The notes below the pieces were generated by a model, which saw only the letters and a list, made by a program, of their open reading frames with translations, did not search any database and was not told where the DNA came from. DNA of 32,000 bases, from contig JAFKFL010000030.1 in assembly GCA_017308235.1 (NCBI GenBank), positions 1 to 32,000 on the forward strand, in the 5' to 3' direction. Position 1 is the first letter of the stretch, and each line of letters starts with the position of its first letter. Below are positions 7,839 to 18,032 of the stretch, one piece after another. This DNA is from Alphaproteobacteria bacterium (GTDB lineage Bacteria > Pseudomonadota > Alphaproteobacteria > Reyranellales > Reyranellaceae). The position numbers were made by a program, and so were the translations under genes.

Positions 7839-8675
7839 TCACCCTCCCCGCCGGATGGTGATCTTCTCCTGGCCCCAGAAGCCGACGCCGGAGACGAGAA
7901 TGGCTTTGTCGACTGCGTAGTCGACGATCATCATGTTGCTGTTCATGCGGTAGTTGACGATGCGATTCTGGCCGCCGGAGACGACGAAAAGCACGGGCGC
8001 GTCCTGCGAGGCGACGGATGACGGGAACTGGATGTAGGTTTTGGCGCCGTCGGTGTAGACCCGTGTTGGCCGCCAGCTGGCGTTACCCGAAATCGAATAC
8101 TGGAAATTGAGCTGCTCGGCCGGGACGCCGGCGCCGGGGATCGTGCTGGCCTCGAGGCGTGCATTGACGTCGGCGAGGCGCGTCGAGACGTCTTCCGGAT
8201 AGTCGAAGCCGACACGGGCCATGTACTGGCTCCCGTGCGACTTCAGCTGGATGTGGTAGGTCCGCCGCGACGTCGTCACTACCATCGAGGTGACGAGGCC
8301 AGCCTCGGTCGGTTTGACGATCAGATGGATCGCCTGCCCGCCCGACGCGCCGGAGGTCGCGGGCTCGACCTTCCAGCGCACGGTGTCGCCGACGAGAACG
8401 TCGCGAACGATCTCTCCGGCCTGGAGTTCGATGTCGCAGACCTGAAGCGGCGAGCAGATGACGGAAGGTTGCACCTCGCCGTACAAGAAGATGACCTTGC
8501 CATCGGGGCCTCTGGTGACGAGCCCGGTGCGGCCGCGCCACTGGCCGGAGATGTCAATGCCTTTAATCTCCTTTCCCGTGAGGTTCTGGGCGTGGACGCC
8601 GCCGGCGACCGACGTCAACACGATGGTGGCCGCAATCAGGACGGCCGACCGGGATAGGGGTCTTGTATTTTGCAT
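7839..8675 (-). CDS. trbG: TrbG (VirB9-like)
   Basis: 278 aa with a signal peptide ([15 protein letters not shown]) and a beta-rich periplasmic protein. Position in the trb order. Confidence 0.88.
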   Translation of the reverse strand: MQNTRPLSRSAVLIAATIVLTSVAGGVHAQNLTGKEIKGIDISGQWRGRTGLVTRGPDGKVIFLYGEVQPSVICSPLQVCDIELQAGEIVRDVLVGDTVRWKVEPATSGASGGQAIHLIVKPTEAGLVTSMVVTTSRRTYHIQLKSHGSQYMARVGFDYPEDVSTRLADVNARLEASTIPGAGVPAEQLNFQYSISGNASWRPTRVYTDGAKTYIQFPSSVASQDAPVLFVVSGGQNRIVNYRMNSNMMIVDYAVDKAILVSGVGFWGQEKITIRRGG

Positions 8676-8692
8676 GAGGTCGGGCGCGCCTT

Positions 8693-9358
8693 TCAGATCT
8701 GTGCGGTCCAGTCAAAGTCCTTGAGGTAGAGGCCGATCGGATTGAGACGGATCACCGCCTCGTCCTGGGGCGGGATCAACACGACGGTGGCGACGCCGCG
8801 GAAGCGGCGCGTTGCGACCTCCTTGCCCTTCCGGTCGCGCTCATATTCCGTCCAGTCGATCTGGAAGGACTGGGTGGAGAGCGGCACGACATTGTTGACC
8901 TCGACCGAGACGGTCGCGGTCTTCGCCTTCTCGAAGGGCGAGGCGGAGCGGAACCAGCCATTGACCTTCTCGGTCGCGGGATCCGTTGTCCGGAGCATCG
9001 CATAGACGCGGTCGATATATTGCTTCTGGACCACGGCGTCGGGCGTCACCGAGCGGAAGTTGGTGACGAAGCCGGCGAGCACCGCGCGCACGACGCGCGG
9101 ATCAGCATATTCGATCTGGGCGGGGAAGCCGGCATTCACCGCCGAGCCGAGCTTGTCGACCTCGACGATGTAGGGCACGAGCCGAACTTGCGTGCTCTGG
9201 TAGAGCGCGTAGCTCGTACTCACCAACGCCAGCGCAAGGCTGGTAACGCCGACGATGCGCCAGGCGCTCGCCGCCTTGACATAGGAGCCGTAGCGCTCGG
9301 TCCATTCCTGGCGTGCGGCGATGTAGGGATTGTCTGGGGTATCGGATCGCCTGGCCAA
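8693..9358 (-). CDS. trbF: TrbF (VirB8-like)
   Basis: 221 aa with a single TM ([21 protein letters not shown]) and a periplasmic domain. Position in the trb order. Confidence 0.88.
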   Translation of the reverse strand: MARRSDTPDNPYIAARQEWTERYGSYVKAASAWRIVGVTSLALALVSTSYALYQSTQVRLVPYIVEVDKLGSAVNAGFPAQIEYADPRVVRAVLAGFVTNFRSVTPDAVVQKQYIDRVYAMLRTTDPATEKVNGWFRSASPFEKAKTATVSVEVNNVVPLSTQSFQIDWTEYERDRKGKEVATRRFRGVATVVLIPPQDEAVIRLNPIGLYLKDFDWTAQI

Positions 9359-9370
9359 GACGCGTCTCCT

Positions 9371-10567
9371 TTATCGATCGTCTGGCTTGGGCGGCGGTGT
9401 CGGCCCGCTGCCGCCGCTGCCGCCACGACCGGATGCGTTGTCAAGCTTGGCGTTGGCGAGACCGAGCAGCGAGCCGGCATAGGCGCCGGGCGAACCGATC
9501 GCCTTGTCGCGGGCGGCCGAGGCGACGGCTCCTCCTGCTGACGCGGCGCCGCGAAGACCGGCGACGGCCGCGCTGCCGAAGGAGGCTCCGCCGGCGCGGG
9601 CAGCCGTATAGGCCGAAGCCCCTGCCTTCGCCCCGCCCCAAGCGAGCGCTGTGCCGCCCGCGGCAAAGCTCGCGGCCTGTGCCCCATGGCGGATCGATTC
9701 CATGCCGCCAGTCACGGATGCGCCCTGAATCACACCCTGGACAATGTTGGGCACATACATGGCGATGACGAAGATCACTACGGCGAGGCCGGCGATCGCG
9801 AGCGCCGTCTGGTACTGGTCGCCGACGCTCGCATTGTTGGCGAGGCCGATCAGCACATCCGAACCGATCTTGGCGATCATCACCAGCGACATGAGCTTCA
9901 TGCCTACCGAGAAGGCATAGACGAGATAGCGGACGGCAAAATCCTTAGTGAAGGAGGAGCCGCCAAGACCGAGCATGATCATGCCGGCCATCAGCCCGAC
10001 ATACATCTCGATCAGCACCGAGACGAAGATCGCCGCGACGAGTGCAAAAGCGATGACGCTGATGATCATGGCGAGCGAGGCCGATAGGGCCAGCGCATTA
10101 TCCTGGAACACGCCGAAGCTGATCTTCTCCGACATCTTCGAGGCGACGGTCAGCCCGGCATTGAAGACGTTGGCGGGCGAAGCCGCCCCGCCGCCGGCGC
10201 CGATCTGGTAGAGGCTGTCGACGATGGCCTTCCCGAGCGCGGGTCCGCGATCGAGCACGAAGGCGAAGAAGCCGATGAACATGATCCGGCGCACGAGCTC
10301 AGCGAACCAGGCATCGAGCGAGGCCGCGCCGATGGCGAGCCAGACCGCGGCGATGCCGATCTCGATGCCGGCGAGAATCCAGAACAGCGAACGGGCCGCG
10401 TTCATGATGGTGGTTTCCCAGCCCTTTGCGGCCGTCACCACCTGATTTTCGAGCGTGTTGAGCACGCTGCCGTCCTGTGCGAGCGCTGGTGCGGTTGCGT
10501 AGACCAGGACGAACAGGGCGAGAGCGAACATAAACGTCGACCGGAAGGAAGGATGTTGCGCTACCAT
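9371..10567 (-). CDS. trbL: TrbL (VirB6-like) polytopic membrane protein
   Basis: 398 aa with multiple TM segments and a Gly/Ala-rich C-tail ending in GGSGGSGPTPPPKPDDR. The start overlaps the trbK stop (ATGGTAG). Confidence 0.9.
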   Translation of the reverse strand: MVAQHPSFRSTFMFALALFVLVYATAPALAQDGSVLNTLENQVVTAAKGWETTIMNAARSLFWILAGIEIGIAAVWLAIGAASLDAWFAELVRRIMFIGFFAFVLDRGPALGKAIVDSLYQIGAGGGAASPANVFNAGLTVASKMSEKISFGVFQDNALALSASLAMIISVIAFALVAAIFVSVLIEMYVGLMAGMIMLGLGGSSFTKDFAVRYLVYAFSVGMKLMSLVMIAKIGSDVLIGLANNASVGDQYQTALAIAGLAVVIFVIAMYVPNIVQGVIQGASVTGGMESIRHGAQAASFAAGGTALAWGGAKAGASAYTAARAGGASFGSAAVAGLRGAASAGGAVASAARDKAIGSPGAYAGSLLGLANAKLDNASGRGGSGGSGPTPPPKPDDR

Positions 10568-10788
10568 CGCGGCTTCATCTCCTGGCCGTTCGTCGTGTCG
10601 TACTCCTTCGGGGCGGCGAAAAAGTCGCGCGCCCTCTTCCGACGCTCCTCCTCCGACAGAGTTCCGGCGCTGTCAGTCGGGGCGTCGCTCCATCCGGCCG
10701 GGCGCGTGACGATCCACAGTGCGACGCCTGCAGTGAAGCTGAGGCCGGCGGCGAGAGCGATCAGGATGATCTTCGTGCGGCTCACCAT
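10561..10788 (-). CDS. trbK: TrbK entry-exclusion-type small membrane protein
   Basis: 75 aa with one TM (IILIALAAGLSFTAGVALWIV). Sits between trbJ and trbL with overlapping stop/start at both ends. Confidence 0.75.
   Translation of the reverse strand: MVSRTKIILIALAAGLSFTAGVALWIVTRPAGWSDAPTDSAGTLSEEERRKRARDFFAAPKEYDTTNGQEMKPRW
10563..10597. repeat. 35-bp direct repeat copy A (trbK/trbL junction)
   Basis: accatcGcggcttcatctcctgGccgTTCgtcgtg matches 10784-10818 at 30 of 35 positions, with a perfect 15-nt core cggcttcatctcctg. Confidence 0.8.
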
Positions 10789-11597
10789 CTCGGCTTCATC
10801 TCCTGACCGCCGGTCGTGGAGGGTGCCGTCGATTTGAAGAATTCCTCGCGACGCGCCTGCGCAAGATCCTTCTCGGCCTGTTCGGATTGGTACCAGGTCG
10901 CCATCATCGTCATCTGTTGGGAGACGAGACCGCGCAGCTTCTGCATCTGCGCAACCTGTTGGGTCGCAATCTGGTGCCCGACCTGCAGCGCCTTCATCTG
11001 CCCGTCCGAGGTCTCCGACAGCGTGCGCAGCTGCGACATCGTCGTTTCCTCGGAGGAGAACTGATCGGCGGTGAGCCCCGCTGCCTTAAGTGTGCCGGCG
11101 ATCGTGTCGCGATTGGTGGTCGACCAGGTCTGGTAGGTCGAGGAGAATGTCGCCTGGTTCGGCAGGTTGGATTTGAAGTCGGCGAAGGTCTTGAAGCGCT
11201 GCTTCAGCACGTCGTCTATGTTGCCCATCGAGAAGGCGATGCCTTGCCCTTGCACAACCACGCTTTGCAGCTTGTTAAGATCGTTCGCGACCTGTCCCCA
11301 GACTTGGGTTGGAAGCTGCGCCGTGTTCTGCAGAAGGTTCTTATAGATGTTGAGCTGATTCTGGATCTGCTCCGCGAGCTGCGTGATCTGCTTGATCTGG
11401 TTGTTCACCTGCTCGGCCGATTTGCCGACGAGGCTGATGAGCTCGCCGTTGTTGAGCATCTGCGTCCATTCGGTGGCGCCGCCCGTCAGGCCGCCGCCAG
11501 CCAGGGCATTGCTGGCCACAAACGGAAGCGTGATGGCAGCAGCAGCAGCGCCGCGCAGAAATTCAAGCCGGGTCATGTATGAGAAGCGCTTCAGCAT
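10782..11597 (-). CDS. trbJ: TrbJ (VirB5-like)
   Basis: 271 aa with a signal peptide ending ASNALA and a Gln-rich helical body. The alternative start M8 (11576) shortens the overlap with trbE. Confidence 0.88.
   Translation of the reverse strand: MLKRFSYMTRLEFLRGAAAAAITLPFVASNALAGGGLTGGATEWTQMLNNGELISLVGKSAEQVNNQIKQITQLAEQIQNQLNIYKNLLQNTAQLPTQVWGQVANDLNKLQSVVVQGQGIAFSMGNIDDVLKQRFKTFADFKSNLPNQATFSSTYQTWSTTNRDTIAGTLKAAGLTADQFSSEETTMSQLRTLSETSDGQMKALQVGHQIATQQVAQMQKLRGLVSQQMTMMATWYQSEQAEKDLAQARREEFFKSTAPSTTGGQEMKPRW
10784..10818. repeat. 35-bp direct repeat copy B (trbJ/trbK junction)
   Basis: accatcTcggcttcatctcctgAccgCCGgtcgtg lies 221 bp from copy A. Both copies encode the shared C-terminal peptide GQEMKPRW plus the SD and start of the next gene. 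Confidence 0.8.
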
Positions 11598-14019
11598 GGC
11601 CGATCCCCCTTTCTTCCATCCAGCGCGCCGGCCATCCCTGACCGTGAGCAGCCTTCAGCTCTGTAATGCGTTTCAGATGATCGCGGCCCGAGGCGCCGGC
11701 GAAGGCGAGCGCGACCGGACCGAGTGCCATGTCGAATAGCCGTCGGCCGGCGGGTGAGGCGACGTAGTATTCGCGCTTCGGAATCGCGGTCGCGACGATC
11801 TCGATCTGCCGCTCGTTGAAGCCGAGCTTCTCGTAGAACTCGCGCGTTCCGGGCTCGCGCGCCGATCCGTTCGGGAGGCAGATCTTTGTCGGGCAGGATT
11901 CCTTCAGCACGTCGACGATGCCGGAGCGTTCGGCGTCAGAGATAGACTGGGTCGCGAGCACGACGGCGCAATTGGCCTTGCGCAGCACCTTCAGCCACTC
12001 CCGGATCTTGTCGCGGAAGACCGGATGACCGAGCATGAGCCAGGCCTCGTCGAGAAGGATCAGGCTTGGCGCTCCCGTGAGCCGCTTTTCGATCCGGCGG
12101 AACAGATAGGTGAGCACAGGCACGAGGCTGCGCTCGCCCATGTTCATCAGCTCCTCGATTTCGAACGTCTGAAAGGCACCGAGCGTCAGCCCGTCGGTCT
12201 CCGCATCGAGAAGATGCCCCATCGGCCCGTCGACAGTGTAGTGATGCAGCGCGTCCTTGATCTCACGCAGCTGCACGCCTGAAACGAAGTCCGATAGTGA
12301 GCGCCCCGGCGCATTGGCCATCAAGGCGACCTGGCGCGAGATCGCATTGCGGTGCTCCGGCGAAACCGTGACGCCCTGGAGGGTCACGAGCGTCTCTATC
12401 CACTCCGAGGCGAACGCGCGATCGCCGTCGCTGCCGAGTTCGGCAAGCGGGCAGAAGGTCAGTTGCGGCCCCTCCCCTTCCCCGTCGCTGCCGATCTCGT
12501 AATGGTCGCCACCGGCCGCGAGCGTTAGCGGCATTAGCGAGCGGCCCTTATCGAAGGCGAAGATTTGCGCGCCGGTATAGCGGCGGAACTGCGCCGCGAT
12601 GAGCGCGAGCAGCGTCGACTTGCCCGAGCCGGTCGGTCCGAAGATCAGGCTATGGCCGACATCATCGACATGGAGGTTCAGCCGGAACGGAGTGGAGCCC
12701 GACGCGACCTGCATGAGCGGCGGTGAGCCTTCCGGATAGAACGGGCACGGCGCGGAGGGGCTCCCGGACCATACGGAGTTCAGCGGTAGAAGGTCGGAGA
12801 GGTTGCGGGTATTGATCAGCGGCTCGCGGAGATTGGCGTACCAGTTACCGGGGAGCGATCCGAGGAAGGCTTCGGTCGCGTTCAGTGTCTCGACGCGGGC
12901 GCCGAAGCCCTCGGCCTGCACCACGCGACGGATACCCTCGCATTTCTCCCGAAGCTGCTCGGCGTCGCTCTCGTGCAGCACGATGACAGGAGTGTAGTAG
13001 CCATAGGCGACGAGCTGCGATGCGGCTTCCGCGATCGCATCTTCGGTCTCCGTCACCATCGCCATGGCGTCTTGGTCGACCGATCGGCTTTGCGTCTGGA
13101 ACAGTTGGTCGAAGAAGGGACGCACCTTCTGCTGCCACTTTTTTCGGGTGCGTTCGAGCTTGTCGCGGGCCTCGATCTCGTCGAGGAACATGAAGCGGCT
13201 CGACCAGCGATAGGTCAGCGGCAGCTGATCGAGCAGATTAAGGATGCCGGGCCAACTCTCGGCCGGCAGACCGTCGATCGCCACGACGCCGACATAACGC
13301 CCGTCGACCGTCGGCGTCAGGCCATGCTCGTATTCGGCAGTGACCAGCCAGTCGAGATACATCGGGATCTCGGGCAAGCGCACCGGATGGTTCTCGCCAG
13401 TGATGCAGAAGCGGACGAACTGGAAGCCCTCGTCGTAGCGGGCGATGCGCTCCCCTCCCCGCTCCGGAACCTCGCGTGTGCGCATGCGCTGGATCGACAG
13501 CGCGTTAGACAGATACTGCTCAACCTCGCGGATCGAGTTGCGGAAATTGCCGAGCGCCGTATCCGCGAAAGTGGCGGACCGGCTGTCGCGGTCGGAATAG
13601 ACGTACTTTGCGACGCCGGACTTGCGTCGTTCCGGAGGGCGCCAGGTCAGGATGAGCGCGTGCCGGCTCTCAAAGTGCCCCCGCTCCCGCTCGAAATGTG
13701 CGCGTCGCTCGGCATCGATCGCTTGCGTCACCGCGTCCGGGAAAGCGCCGGCGGCTGGATAATCGGTTGTGGGGATGCGCAGCGCCTCGACCTGGATCAT
13801 CCAGCCGGAGCCGAGGCGGGCAAGGATGGCGTTGATCTGGCGTGAGACCTCGTTGCGCTCGGCATCGGTCGAGCTCTCGCTGTCAGGCCCGGCGAAGTAC
13901 CAGCCGGCCATCAGCGAGCCGTCCTTGAGCAGGACGATGCCATCGTCGACTAGCCCGGCATAGGGAACGAGATCGGCGAAGGAAGGGCCGGAATGGCGGA
14001 ATGTGCGCAGCGCGACCAC
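11563..14019 (-). CDS. trbE: TrbE (VirB4-like) conjugation ATPase
   Basis: 818 aa with Walker A FGPTGSGKST and Walker B SLILLDEAW. Position in the trb order. Confidence 0.95.
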   Translation of the reverse strand: MVALRTFRHSGPSFADLVPYAGLVDDGIVLLKDGSLMAGWYFAGPDSESSTDAERNEVSRQINAILARLGSGWMIQVEALRIPTTDYPAAGAFPDAVTQAIDAERRAHFERERGHFESRHALILTWRPPERRKSGVAKYVYSDRDSRSATFADTALGNFRNSIREVEQYLSNALSIQRMRTREVPERGGERIARYDEGFQFVRFCITGENHPVRLPEIPMYLDWLVTAEYEHGLTPTVDGRYVGVVAIDGLPAESWPGILNLLDQLPLTYRWSSRFMFLDEIEARDKLERTRKKWQQKVRPFFDQLFQTQSRSVDQDAMAMVTETEDAIAEAASQLVAYGYYTPVIVLHESDAEQLREKCEGIRRVVQAEGFGARVETLNATEAFLGSLPGNWYANLREPLINTRNLSDLLPLNSVWSGSPSAPCPFYPEGSPPLMQVASGSTPFRLNLHVDDVGHSLIFGPTGSGKSTLLALIAAQFRRYTGAQIFAFDKGRSLMPLTLAAGGDHYEIGSDGEGEGPQLTFCPLAELGSDGDRAFASEWIETLVTLQGVTVSPEHRNAISRQVALMANAPGRSLSDFVSGVQLREIKDALHHYTVDGPMGHLLDAETDGLTLGAFQTFEIEELMNMGERSLVPVLTYLFRRIEKRLTGAPSLILLDEAWLMLGHPVFRDKIREWLKVLRKANCAVVLATQSISDAERSGIVDVLKESCPTKICLPNGSAREPGTREFYEKLGFNERQIEIVATAIPKREYYVASPAGRRLFDMALGPVALAFAGASGRDHLKRITELKAAHGQGWPARWMEERGIGHAEALLIHDPA

Positions 14020-14030
14020 CGGATTCTCCT

Positions 14031-14336
14031 TCAGAAACGCCGCCAGGGCGTCGAGGTTGGCCGGTAGTGCTGGCGATAGCCGACATGACGCAGATAGACG
14101 CGGCGCATCATCGGGTCGGCCTTGGCCATCATCCGTAGCAGGCCGACGATCACCGTCCAGATTGCGATGCCGAACAGGGCCGCGTACCAGGTCAGCACCA
14201 CGAAGATCAGGATGACGGCGGCAAGCCCCGTCAGCAGGACGAGCTCGCGGTCCGCGCCCATCAAGAGGTTCGGGCGCGACAGCGCCCGATGGATGCGGGA
14301 GCGCGCCAGTCTGGAGCCGGCTTCAGCCATGTCCAC
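14031..14336 (-). CDS. trbD: TrbD (VirB3-like)
   Basis: 101 aa with two hydrophobic segments ([31 protein letters not shown]). Position between trbC and trbE. Confidence 0.88.
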   Translation of the reverse strand: MDMAEAGSRLARSRIHRALSRPNLLMGADRELVLLTGLAAVILIFVVLTWYAALFGIAIWTVIVGLLRMMAKADPMMRRVYLRHVGYRQHYRPTSTPWRRF

Positions 14337-14724
14337 CCTCCCCTCCTCCGACGGCCGGAACCGGTGGCGCGGAGGGTTCGGAAGGGGCTGTCGTCGATGT
14401 CCCGATCGAAGCGCCGGTCGAGCCGAACAAGGCGACGATCTGCGTGGCTCCGAGCAGGATGCCAGCTACCAGTACGACGTACATCAGCCGACGAGCGAAA
14501 TCGTTCAATTCGCCGCCGAAGATCAGCATGCCGCCGGCGATCGCCACCGCTGCAAGGGCGATGAACCCCGCTACGGGGCCGGTGATGGATTGCTGGATCT
14601 GCTGGAGCGGGGATTCCCATGGCAGGCTGCCGCCGCTCGAAGCTAGGGCTTGCGATCCGAGGTGCAGAACCAACAGCGCCGCTACGGCGCTTGCGGCGAG
14701 AAATGTTTTACGGTCATGCGACAT
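14323..14724 (-). CDS. trbC: TrbC (VirB2-like) pilin precursor
   Basis: The likely start is ATG 14724 ([28 protein letters not shown]...), giving a leader plus two hydrophobic pilin segments. The ORF upstream to 14790 overlaps the trbB end. Confidence 0.85.
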   Translation of the reverse strand: MSHDRKTFLAASAVAALLVLHLGSQALASSGGSLPWESPLQQIQQSITGPVAGFIALAAVAIAGGMLIFGGELNDFARRLMYVVLVAGILLGATQIVALFGSTGASIGTSTTAPSEPSAPPVPAVGGGEGGHG

Positions 14725-15685
14725 GGACGTCCTCGTCGAGTTGGGCATAGGATTCGGTGTGGTAGCGGCCGCCTTCGAAGCGCTCGACATGAACGACGTC
14801 GCGCACCCGCCGGCCTCGCCCGGAGCGTTCGATCGAGACGATCAGGTCGACGGCCTCGCCGATCACTTCCTGCATCGGCTGCTGGCTGACTTCAGCGGTG
14901 AGCTGCTCGAGGCGGCGTAGCGCCGACATGGCGGTGTTGGAATGGATCGTGGTGACACCGCCGGGATGACCGGTATTCCACGCCTTGAGCAGTGTCAGCG
15001 CCGCGCCGTCGCGTACCTCGCCGACGACGATGCGGTCCGGCCTGAGGCGCATCGTGCTCTTGAGAAGACGTGCCATGTCGATCGTATCGCTGGTGTGCAA
15101 CGCTACGAGGTTCTGGGCCGGGCATTGTATCTCGGCGGTGTCTTCGAGGATCAAGATGCGATCGTCGGGAGCAGTCTCGGCGATCTGCGCGATGACGGCA
15201 TTGGCGAAGGTTGTCTTGCCGGAGCCGGTGCCACCCGAGATCACGATGTTGAGCCGCGAGGCTATCGCATTCCTAACGATCTCGGCCTGGCGACGTGTCA
15301 TGACCTTGTCGTGCACATAGTCATCAAGCGGGATAAGTCGCGAGGCCCGACGACGGATGGTGAAGACTGGTGCCCTTACGACCGGGGGCAGCAGGCCTTC
15401 GAAGCGATGCCCTCCGATCGGCAGTTCACCCGAAATGATCGGGCGCTCGTCATCTGCCTCCGCGTGCAAAGCATGTGCGACGCTGCCGATCACGATTTCG
15501 GCTGTCGACGCTGCCATCTCGCCGGCGGGCGCAACCCCATGGCCGAGCCGCTCAATGAACAGCCGGCCATCCGGGTTCAGCATGATCTCCACAACCGAGG
15601 CATCGTCGAGGGCGACACACAGTTGATCGCCCAAAGCCTCCTGCAGCTTCCGGACCAGACGAGGGTGGGAACGCAGTTGCGTCAT
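14714..15685 (-). CDS. trbB: TrbB (VirB11/PulE-like) secretion ATPase
   Basis: 323 aa from ATG 15685 ([19 protein letters not shown]...) with Walker [11 protein letters not shown]. The longer 414-aa ORF runs into traI in another frame. Confidence 0.92.
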   Translation of the reverse strand: MTQLRSHPRLVRKLQEALGDQLCVALDDASVVEIMLNPDGRLFIERLGHGVAPAGEMAASTAEIVIGSVAHALHAEADDERPIISGELPIGGHRFEGLLPPVVRAPVFTIRRRASRLIPLDDYVHDKVMTRRQAEIVRNAIASRLNIVISGGTGSGKTTFANAVIAQIAETAPDDRILILEDTAEIQCPAQNLVALHTSDTIDMARLLKSTMRLRPDRIVVGEVRDGAALTLLKAWNTGHPGGVTTIHSNTAMSALRRLEQLTAEVSQQPMQEVIGEAVDLIVSIERSGRGRRVRDVVHVERFEGGRYHTESYAQLDEDVHVA

Positions 15686-15698
15686 GCCGCAGCTTCCC

Positions 15699-16322
15699 TC
15701 AAGCCGCGCGCCGCAGTGGCGCGATGGAGGATACGTAGCCAGCCGGCCGGACCCGCTCGAAGCTGTCGGCATCTGTGGGAAGTAGACCGACGACGGCATT
15801 TGTGTTGCCGAGGCGCTTGGGCTCGCCGATTCGCGCCATCGTCCAGCCGGCCCGACGGAGGATACGCTCAATCCGGACGTCGGTGGCCGTAACGAGCTCG
15901 GTGTATCCATTCTCCATCGACCATTCGATGATCGCGGCGAACATAGTCCAGGTCGCATAGTGGAGCGCCTGCCCTTCCCGCCCAGTCTCGAACGATGTAT
16001 CGACGCAGAAGCGAGAACTCTCGATCATAGTGGCGTGCGGACAAAACAGCCCACGCTCGCCGAGTTCCGGGAACAGCACAGACAGCAATGTCGGCCCTGT
16101 CGCCGGAAGTAGGCGGGCACATCCGACCACCTCGTTCCGCCCCGCCACGGTCAGAATGTAAGTCGGTTTGCAGTCGTCGAAGCCGTCCGCCTCGCGGCCA
16201 TCCCTGACGTCGACATCCCAGTTCATACGATCGCGGAAGATGCGCGCTCGAAGTTGATGCATGTCACTTAGAAGATCAGTAAAGTCCTTGTAGGTATCCG
16301 GCGCGATAGCCATTGCCCGCAT
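15699..16322 (-). CDS. traI: TraI, LuxI-family acyl-homoserine-lactone synthase
   Basis: 207 aa: MRAMAIAPDTYKDF...MHQLRARIFRDRMNWDV...ESSRFCVD...IIEWSMENGYTELVTATD...RILRRAGW. First gene of the traI-trb operon and divergent from repA. Confidence 0.92.
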   Translation of the reverse strand: MRAMAIAPDTYKDFTDLLSDMHQLRARIFRDRMNWDVDVRDGREADGFDDCKPTYILTVAGRNEVVGCARLLPATGPTLLSVLFPELGERGLFCPHATMIESSRFCVDTSFETGREGQALHYATWTMFAAIIEWSMENGYTELVTATDVRIERILRRAGWTMARIGEPKRLGNTNAVVGLLPTDADSFERVRPAGYVSSIAPLRRAA

Positions 16323-16716
16323 GTTCTGTTCTCCGACTCGATTGAGGTCGGATTACAAAAGCGCACCATCGGGAAGGAGCCGCGACTAGTGAATTTATGA
16401 GCGCGGTTCTCGACAGAGGGTACTGAGTCGGGGGGCAAGTGGCCGCAAATCGCTCCGGGGATGAAAGAAAAGCGGGCCAATATACCTGATGAATTTATTA
16501 GTCGGTATCAGAGCTCGATGTCGGACGCTGAAGTCCTATCTAATTGAAACGGTGGCATAAATGGTAACCGTGTGTCGCGAGTCGCGGCCATTGCCCGACA
16601 TTCGTTAATACCTCGTTAACCTTAATCCCGTTGCCCGCCAGGGGGAATCGTGCCTATTGTCGGAGACGGAAAGAGCGCGTCTGACGCTCTAAAAGCGTTT
16701 TGCGACGAGGGCGACA

Positions 16717-17931
16717 TTGAAGTCTGCGGCATCATCTCTGGAAATCGAGAGCACTTCGGCTCGAATTACGCGCCGCGCGGAGGCGCTGTCGCTTCGTCTT
16801 CGGGCTGTGGGTGAGCGGGCATTTCCCCCTACAGCCCAGAAATCTCTCCGTTCGTTCTCGTCAGGCGAAGTTGCCCAGATCGTTGGCGTGTCTGACGGGT
16901 ATCTGAGGCAACTTTCTATCGACGGTTTGGGCCCGGCGCCGGACGTCAGCTCGAGTGGTCGTCGATCCTACACGCTCGAGCAGGTGAACGAACTGCGCGA
17001 ATATCTGGCTACGGCGCGTCCGAAGGAGGCGTTGAGGTTCTGGCCTCGCCGTCGCGATGGCGACAAGTTGCAGGTCATTACCGTGGCCAACTTCAAAGGT
17101 GGTTCGGCAAAAACGACAACGTCGCTCTATCTCGCGCAGGGGTTGGCTCTACAGGGATATCGCGTCCTGGCGATCGATCTCGACCCTCAGGCTTCGCTGT
17201 CCGCGATGTTCGGCCTCCAGCCGGAGTTCGACATTGCTGAGAATGCGACTCTCTACGGAGCCATCCGCTATGATGAAGTGCGCGTGCCGATGAGGGAGGT
17301 AGTGCGTTCAACGTACTTTCCGGGCATCAGTATCGTGCCTGGCAATCTTGAACTCATGGAGTTCGAGCATCAGACGCCTCGACACATGATGGAAACGCGC
17401 GGTCGTCCAGAGGAGCTGTTTTTTCGGAGGGTGGCCCGAGCGATCGCCGAGGTTGACGATGACTACGATGTCGTTGTGATCGACTGCCCCCCGCAGCTTG
17501 GCTTTCTGACGATGGGTGCGCTCAACGCCGCAACGGGAATGATTGTGACAGTCCATCCCCAGATGGTGGATGTGGCGTCCATGAGCCAGTTCCTGCTTAT
17601 GACCTCCGATTTGATAGCGGTGATTGAGGATGCAGGTGGCCGTCTCGACTATGATTTCTTGAGGTTTCTGGTGACGCGACATGATCCGAGGGACGTGCCG
17701 GAACAGGAGATCGTTGCGTTGATGAGAGACGTGTTTGATTCGGATGTACTGGCGGCCACGGCCTGGAAATCGACTGCAATAGCTAATGCAGGTCTGACCA
17801 AACAGTCCCTGTACGAGCTCTCGCGTGGTTCGGTAGGGCGCTCGGTGTACGATCGCGCGATGGAATCGATCGCCGGTGTGAATGAGGAAATTATTGCGTT
17901 GATCGGCGCGGTGTGGGGGAGAGGCAAATGA
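16717..17931 (+). CDS. repA: RepA, ParA-family partition ATPase / repABC autorepressor
   Basis: 404 aa with a deviant Walker A NFKGGSAKTTT. TTG start with GAGGG 5 nt upstream. First gene of repABC. Confidence 0.92.
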   Translation: MKSAASSLEIESTSARITRRAEALSLRLRAVGERAFPPTAQKSLRSFSSGEVAQIVGVSDGYLRQLSIDGLGPAPDVSSSGRRSYTLEQVNELREYLATARPKEALRFWPRRRDGDKLQVITVANFKGGSAKTTTSLYLAQGLALQGYRVLAIDLDPQASLSAMFGLQPEFDIAENATLYGAIRYDEVRVPMREVVRSTYFPGISIVPGNLELMEFEHQTPRHMMETRGRPEELFFRRVARAIAEVDDDYDVVVIDCPPQLGFLTMGALNAATGMIVTVHPQMVDVASMSQFLLMTSDLIAVIEDAGGRLDYDFLRFLVTRHDPRDVPEQEIVALMRDVFDSDVLAATAWKSTAIANAGLTKQSLYELSRGSVGRSVYDRAMESIAGVNEEIIALIGAVWGRGK

Positions 17932-17962
17932 TGCTCTCCTCGCCTTGCTGTTCGCGCACGGT

Positions 17963-17978
17963 GTTGTCTGCAGACAAC
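17963..17978. promoter_or_regulatory. parS-like centromere palindrome 1
   Basis: GTTGTCTGCAGACAAC is a perfect 16-bp palindrome that fits the repABC parS consensus GTTNNCNGCNGNNAAC. Confidence 0.75.
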
Positions 17979-18032
17979 GTGAAATCTTTCGCGGCGGCGT
18001 CAGCAGTGTTGCGCGCTGCTCACGTCCCTTCA

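Noticed and set aside
12973-13845. Long antisense ORFs opposite real genes. Examples: 12973-13845, 14942-15892, 24304-25569, 805-1971, 1289-2086, 5472-6491, 17308-18033, 20639-21367 and 27276-28034.
   Set aside because: These are typical high-GC shadow frames. They are Arg/Gly/Pro/Asp-rich and have no recognisable motifs. Each lies opposite a gene with strong family signatures and operon-consistent starts.
14714-15958. 414-aa version of trbB
   Set aside because: The extra 91 N-terminal codons overlap the 3' end of traI in another frame and are Ser/Pro/Arg-rich. ATG 15685 gives a normal 323-aa VirB11-like protein 14 nt after the traI stop.
16332-16350. CCGAC-N9-GTCGG hairpin just upstream of the traI start, considered as a tra box or riboswitch-like element
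   Set aside because: The stem is only 5 bp and it does not resemble lux/tra boxes. At most it partly masks the GGAG SD, which is too weak to call.
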